The notes under the pieces were generated by a model that searched no databases, was not told the origin of the DNA, and worked only from the letters and a program-made list of their open reading frames with translations. Shown here in pieces: positions 39,359-42,992 of a stretch of 42,992 nt of DNA (positions within the stretch are counted from its first letter, which is position 1; each line of letters starts with the position of its first letter). The translations under genes were made by a program, and so were the position numbers. The DNA lies in the NCBI GenBank assembly GCA_966249365.1, contig CBINDH010000001.1, positions 1-42,992 of the forward strand, read 5' to 3'. The DNA comes from an uncultured Xylanimonas sp. (GTDB taxonomy: Bacteria; Actinomycetota; Actinomycetes; Actinomycetales; Cellulomonadaceae).

Positions 39359-40717
39359 GTGACCCTCGACCTCGTACGCCGTGCGCGCCACCGCACCGTG
39401 GCGTTCCCCGGGCGCGGCACGAACCAGGACGGCATCGTCTTCGCCCTCCTCGTGGCCGTGTGCGTGGGCGCCGTCGCCCTCGGCGTCGCCCTCGACACGC
39501 CGGCCGAGCTGCTGGCGGGCACGGCGACGATCCTCACCTCGCCCAGCGGGCTGCTGACCGACTACATGGCCATCGCGTCGGTCGGCGCGACCCTGCTCAA
39601 CGCGGGGGTGCTGACCCTCCTGAGCGTGGTCTATGTGCGCGTCAAGAGGGTCGGGTTCTCGGGCCCGGTGATCGCGGGCCTGTTCACCGTCTTCGGCTTC
39701 GCCCTGTTCGGCAAGAACCTGCTCAACTCCATCCCGATCACCCTCGGCGTCCTGCTCTACGCCCGGCTCGTCGGCAAGAAGCTGTCCGACTACACGGCCG
39801 TGAGCCTCTTTGCGACGGCGCTCGCGCCCGCCGTGAGCCTCATGATCTTCGGCAAGGGCCTGCCCCTGTGGCTCGGCATCCCCCTCGGGATGGTCGTCGG
39901 GGTGCTGATCGGTGCCGCCATCCCGCCGCTGGCCGACTACGTCATCCGCTTCCACCACGGCCTCGTCCTGTACAACATCGGCTTCGCGGCGGGCATCGTC
40001 GGCATGGTCATGGTCGCGCTGATGAACCTCGTCGGCTACGACGTCGTCGAGGTCTACCACGTCTCGTCCGGGAACACCCCGACGCTCGCGACCGCGACGC
40101 TCGTCCTGTGCCTGGCGCTGTTCGTCGCCGGCTTCGTGCTCAACGACCGGTCGACCGGTGGCCTGCGCGCCTTCCTCCGCCGCTCGGGACGGACCCCGTC
40201 CGACTTCGTCGCCCAGGAGGGCCTCGGGCGCACCCTGATGAACATGGGCGTCATGGGCGCGCTCGCCGTCGGTTACGTCGCCGCGGTGGGCGGCGAGCTC
40301 AACGGGCCCGTGCTCGGCGGCGTCTTCACCGTCATCGGCTTCTCCGCGTTCGGCAAGCACCCGCGCAACGCCGTGCCCGTCCTGCTCGGCGTCGCGCTCG
40401 CCGCGACCGTCACGGGCGCCGACCTCAGCTCGACGACCATGCTGCTCGCCGCCCTGTTCGGCACCACGCTCGCGCCCGTCGCCGGCGTGTACGGGTTCGG
40501 GTACGGCGTCGTCGCCGGGTTCCTCCACCTCGCGCTCGTCGCGAACGTCGGGTTCCTGCACGGGGGGCTCAACCTCTACAGCAACGGGTTCTCGGCCGGG
40601 TTCGTCGCGCTCGTGCTCATCCCGTTCTTCAACGCGATCCTGCACATCCGGGGCAAGGGCTCGCGCGCCGTCGAGGTCGAGTGGCGGCCCGCGCTGGGCG
40701 CGGCGTCGTCCGAGTAA
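39359..40717 (+). CDS. Polytopic membrane protein with two DUF1576-like repeats
   Basis: Duplicated motifs [19 protein letters not shown] / [19 protein letters not shown] and [12 protein letters not shown] / [12 protein letters not shown]; GGAGG SD; start uncertain. Confidence 0.8.
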   Translation: MTLDLVRRARHRTVAFPGRGTNQDGIVFALLVAVCVGAVALGVALDTPAELLAGTATILTSPSGLLTDYMAIASVGATLLNAGVLTLLSVVYVRVKRVGFSGPVIAGLFTVFGFALFGKNLLNSIPITLGVLLYARLVGKKLSDYTAVSLFATALAPAVSLMIFGKGLPLWLGIPLGMVVGVLIGAAIPPLADYVIRFHHGLVLYNIGFAAGIVGMVMVALMNLVGYDVVEVYHVSSGNTPTLATATLVLCLALFVAGFVLNDRSTGGLRAFLRRSGRTPSDFVAQEGLGRTLMNMGVMGALAVGYVAAVGGELNGPVLGGVFTVIGFSAFGKHPRNAVPVLLGVALAATVTGADLSSTTMLLAALFGTTLAPVAGVYGFGYGVVAGFLHLALVANVGFLHGGLNLYSNGFSAGFVALVLIPFFNAILHIRGKGSRAVEVEWRPALGAASSE

Positions 40718-40776
40718 ACTCCGCGGAGGGCGCATCACGCCCCGCCCACCCTGCACCAGTAAGGAAGGACCCCTCC

Positions 40777-42567
40777 GTGCTCCGCACCCATACGGCCGGC
40801 TCACTGCGGGCCGAGCACATCGGTCAGACCGTCACCCTCACGGGCTGGGTCGACCGCCGCCGCGATCACGGAGGAGTGGCCTTCATCGACCTGCGCGACG
40901 CCTCGGGCATCGCCCAGGTCGTCATCCGCGACGAGTCGGTCGCCCACCCGCTGCGTGCCGAGTTCGTGCTCCAGGTCACCGGTGAGGTCGCCCGCCGCCC
41001 CGAGGGCAACGCGAACCCGAACCTCGCCACCGGCGAGATCGAGGTCATCGCCACCAAGGTCGTCACGCTCAACGAGTCCGCCCCGCTGCCGTTCCAGGTC
41101 TCGACGGCGCTCGCGGACACCGAGGTGATCGGCGAGGAGGCGCGTCTCGCGCACCGCTACCTCGACCTGCGTCGCCCGGCGCCGCAGCACGCCATGCGTC
41201 TGCGCGCGAAGGTCAACCAGGCCGCCCGCCGGGTGCTCGACGCCGAGGACTTCGTCGAGATCGAGACGCCGACGCTCACCCGTTCGACGCCCGAGGGCGC
41301 CCGCGACTTCCTGGTGCCCGCGCGCCTCGCGCCGGGCTCCTGGTACGCGCTGCCGCAGTCGCCGCAGCTGTTCAAGCAGCTCCTCATGGTCGGCGGCATG
41401 GAGCGCTACTACCAGATCGCCCGCTGCTACCGCGACGAGGACTTCCGCGCCGACCGCCAGCCGGAGTTCACGCAGCTCGACGTCGAGATGAGCTTCGTCG
41501 AGCAGGACGACGTCATCGAGCTCGCCGAGAAGGTGCTCGTCGCCCTCTGGGAGCTCATCGGGTACACCATCCCGACGCCGATCCCGCGCATGACGTTCGC
41601 CGACGCGATGCGCCTGTACGGCACCGACAAGCCCGACCTGCGCTTCGGCAACCCGCTCGTCGAGCTCACCGACTACTTCAAGGACACGCCGTTCCGCGTG
41701 TTCCAGGCCGAGTACGTCGGCGCCGTCGTCATGGCCGGCGGTGCCGACCAGCCGCGCCGCCAGTTCGACGCGTGGCAGGAGTGGGCCAAGCAGCGTGGTG
41801 CCAAGGGCCTCGCGTACGTGACGTTCGCCGAGGACGGCACGCTCGGCGGCCCGGTCGCCAAGAACCTGTCCGACGCCGAGCGTGCCGGGCTCGCCGAGGC
41901 CACCGGCGCCAAGCCGGGCGACGCGGTGTTCTTCGCTGCCGGCAAGACGTCGGACTCGCGCGCCCTGCTGGGCGCCGCCCGCCAGGAGATCGCCAAGCGC
42001 ACCGGCCAGATCGACGATGACGCCTGGGCCTTCGTGTGGGTCGTCGACGCCCCGCTGTTCAAGCCCACGGGCCAGGACGACGACGTCGACCTCGGCCACT
42101 CCGCATGGACGGCCGTGCACCACGCCTTCACGTCCCCGAACCCGGAGTGGATCGACCGCTTCGAGGAGGACCCGGGCAACGCGCTCGCCTATGCCTACGA
42201 CATCGTCTGCAACGGCAACGAGATCGGGGGCGGTTCGATCCGTATCCACCGCCGGGACGTGCAGGAGCGCGTGTTCGACGTCATGGGGATCGGCCATGAG
42301 GAGGCGCAGCAGAAGTTCGGCTTCCTGCTCGACGCGTTCGCGTTCGGCGCGCCGCCGCACGGCGGCATCGCGTTCGGCTGGGACCGCATCGTCGCGCTGC
42401 TGACCAAGTCGCCGTCGATCCGCGACGTCATCGCGTTCCCGAAGTCGGGTGGCGGCTACGACCCGCTGACGCAGGCGCCCGCCCCGATCACCGCGGAGCA
42501 GCGCAAGGAGGCCGGGGTCGACGCGAAGCCGGCCGAGAAGCCCGCCTTGGGCGACTCCGCGGCGTGA
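40777..42567 (+). CDS. aspS: Aspartate--tRNA ligase, probably non-discriminating Asp/Asn
   Basis: [44 protein letters not shown]; start GTG 40777 after AAGGA. Confidence 0.97.
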   Translation: MLRTHTAGSLRAEHIGQTVTLTGWVDRRRDHGGVAFIDLRDASGIAQVVIRDESVAHPLRAEFVLQVTGEVARRPEGNANPNLATGEIEVIATKVVTLNESAPLPFQVSTALADTEVIGEEARLAHRYLDLRRPAPQHAMRLRAKVNQAARRVLDAEDFVEIETPTLTRSTPEGARDFLVPARLAPGSWYALPQSPQLFKQLLMVGGMERYYQIARCYRDEDFRADRQPEFTQLDVEMSFVEQDDVIELAEKVLVALWELIGYTIPTPIPRMTFADAMRLYGTDKPDLRFGNPLVELTDYFKDTPFRVFQAEYVGAVVMAGGADQPRRQFDAWQEWAKQRGAKGLAYVTFAEDGTLGGPVAKNLSDAERAGLAEATGAKPGDAVFFAAGKTSDSRALLGAARQEIAKRTGQIDDDAWAFVWVVDAPLFKPTGQDDDVDLGHSAWTAVHHAFTSPNPEWIDRFEEDPGNALAYAYDIVCNGNEIGGGSIRIHRRDVQERVFDVMGIGHEEAQQKFGFLLDAFAFGAPPHGGIAFGWDRIVALLTKSPSIRDVIAFPKSGGGYDPLTQAPAPITAEQRKEAGVDAKPAEKPALGDSAA

Positions 42568-42992
42568 GCACCCACCACCCGGTGGTCGAGCGGCGGGACG
42601 GTTCCGGCGCGCTCGACCACCAGGGCGTCGTGGGCGTGCCCGGAGGCTGGGCCACGCACCCGCTGGTGGTCACCGAGGCGGCCCACCACGACTGGGACGT
42701 CCTCGCCGCATGGTCCAGCGACGAGGCGCTGCTGCTGCGGCTGCGCCGCAACGCGCTCGAGGAGCCGGGCGTGTCGCCCCACCCGGCCCTGTACGCCGTC
42801 GGGACGCCCGACGGCGCCGCCCGGCGGATCCTGGCCGCGGCGGCGGGCGACGACTGGCTCCCGGTCGGCCGCTCGACGACGCCGCGCGGCACCCGGGCGG
42901 CGCTGGCCGCGCTCGCGCCGGGCGCTGAGGTGCCCGCGCCCTTCGACGTGCCCGCCCAGAGCCACTGGGACTGGCTGAGCATCGACCGAACG
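42564..42992 (+). CDS. 5' part of a CDS running off the window (possibly a GNAT-type protein)
   Basis: GTGA overlap with the aspS stop; open and GC3-rich to the window end ([11 protein letters not shown]...[11 protein letters not shown]). Not in the ORF track because it has no stop. Confidence 0.65.
   Translation, partial: MSTHHPVVERRDGSGALDHQGVVGVPGGWATHPLVVTEAAHHDWDVLAAWSSDEALLLRLRRNALEEPGVSPHPALYAVGTPDGAARRILAAAAGDDWLPVGRSTTPRGTRAALAALAPGAEVPAPFDVPAQSHWDWLSIDRT

Noticed and set aside
39319-40776. Apparent 1082-aa AspRS with a long N-terminal extension
   Set aside because: The extension is an alternative frame of the DUF1576-like gene; aspS has its own SD, GTG at 40777 and a TAAACT -10 box.

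Overview
A very GC-rich actinobacterial chromosome segment (Micrococcales-like by gene content and order; inferred, not proven). It is mostly core genes: a panG-like(DUF2520)-panC-panD-panB pantothenate operon, a YtrA/GntR-ABC unit, a type II P-type ATPase and udgB, then the conserved thrS-HIT-pgsA1-patA-pimA-pdxS/T-yebC-ruvCAB-yajC-secDF-apt-rel block and DUF349-ppiB-MBL-hisS-aspS. Accessory cassettes interrupt this order: an XpaC-like/TelA pair between yebC and ruvC, a convergent LigC/Prim-PolC pair plus an AbiEi-like gene after rel, and a duplicated DUF1576-like membrane protein between hisS and aspS. The most interesting signals are non-coding or architectural: a hairpin with a tRNA-Thr anticodon-like loop 10 nt before the thrS Shine-Dalgarno (candidate autogenous tRNA-mimic operator), a 450-nt intergenic region (10048-10499) with paired FadR-type operators, a CRP-like site and a ~270-nt structured RNA candidate, an Rv2609c-like protein split around pdxS, a LexA box before ruvA, and many leaderless promoters. 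I found no tRNA, rRNA, CRISPR array, IS or phage genes. All family calls rest on motifs and recall, not database searches.
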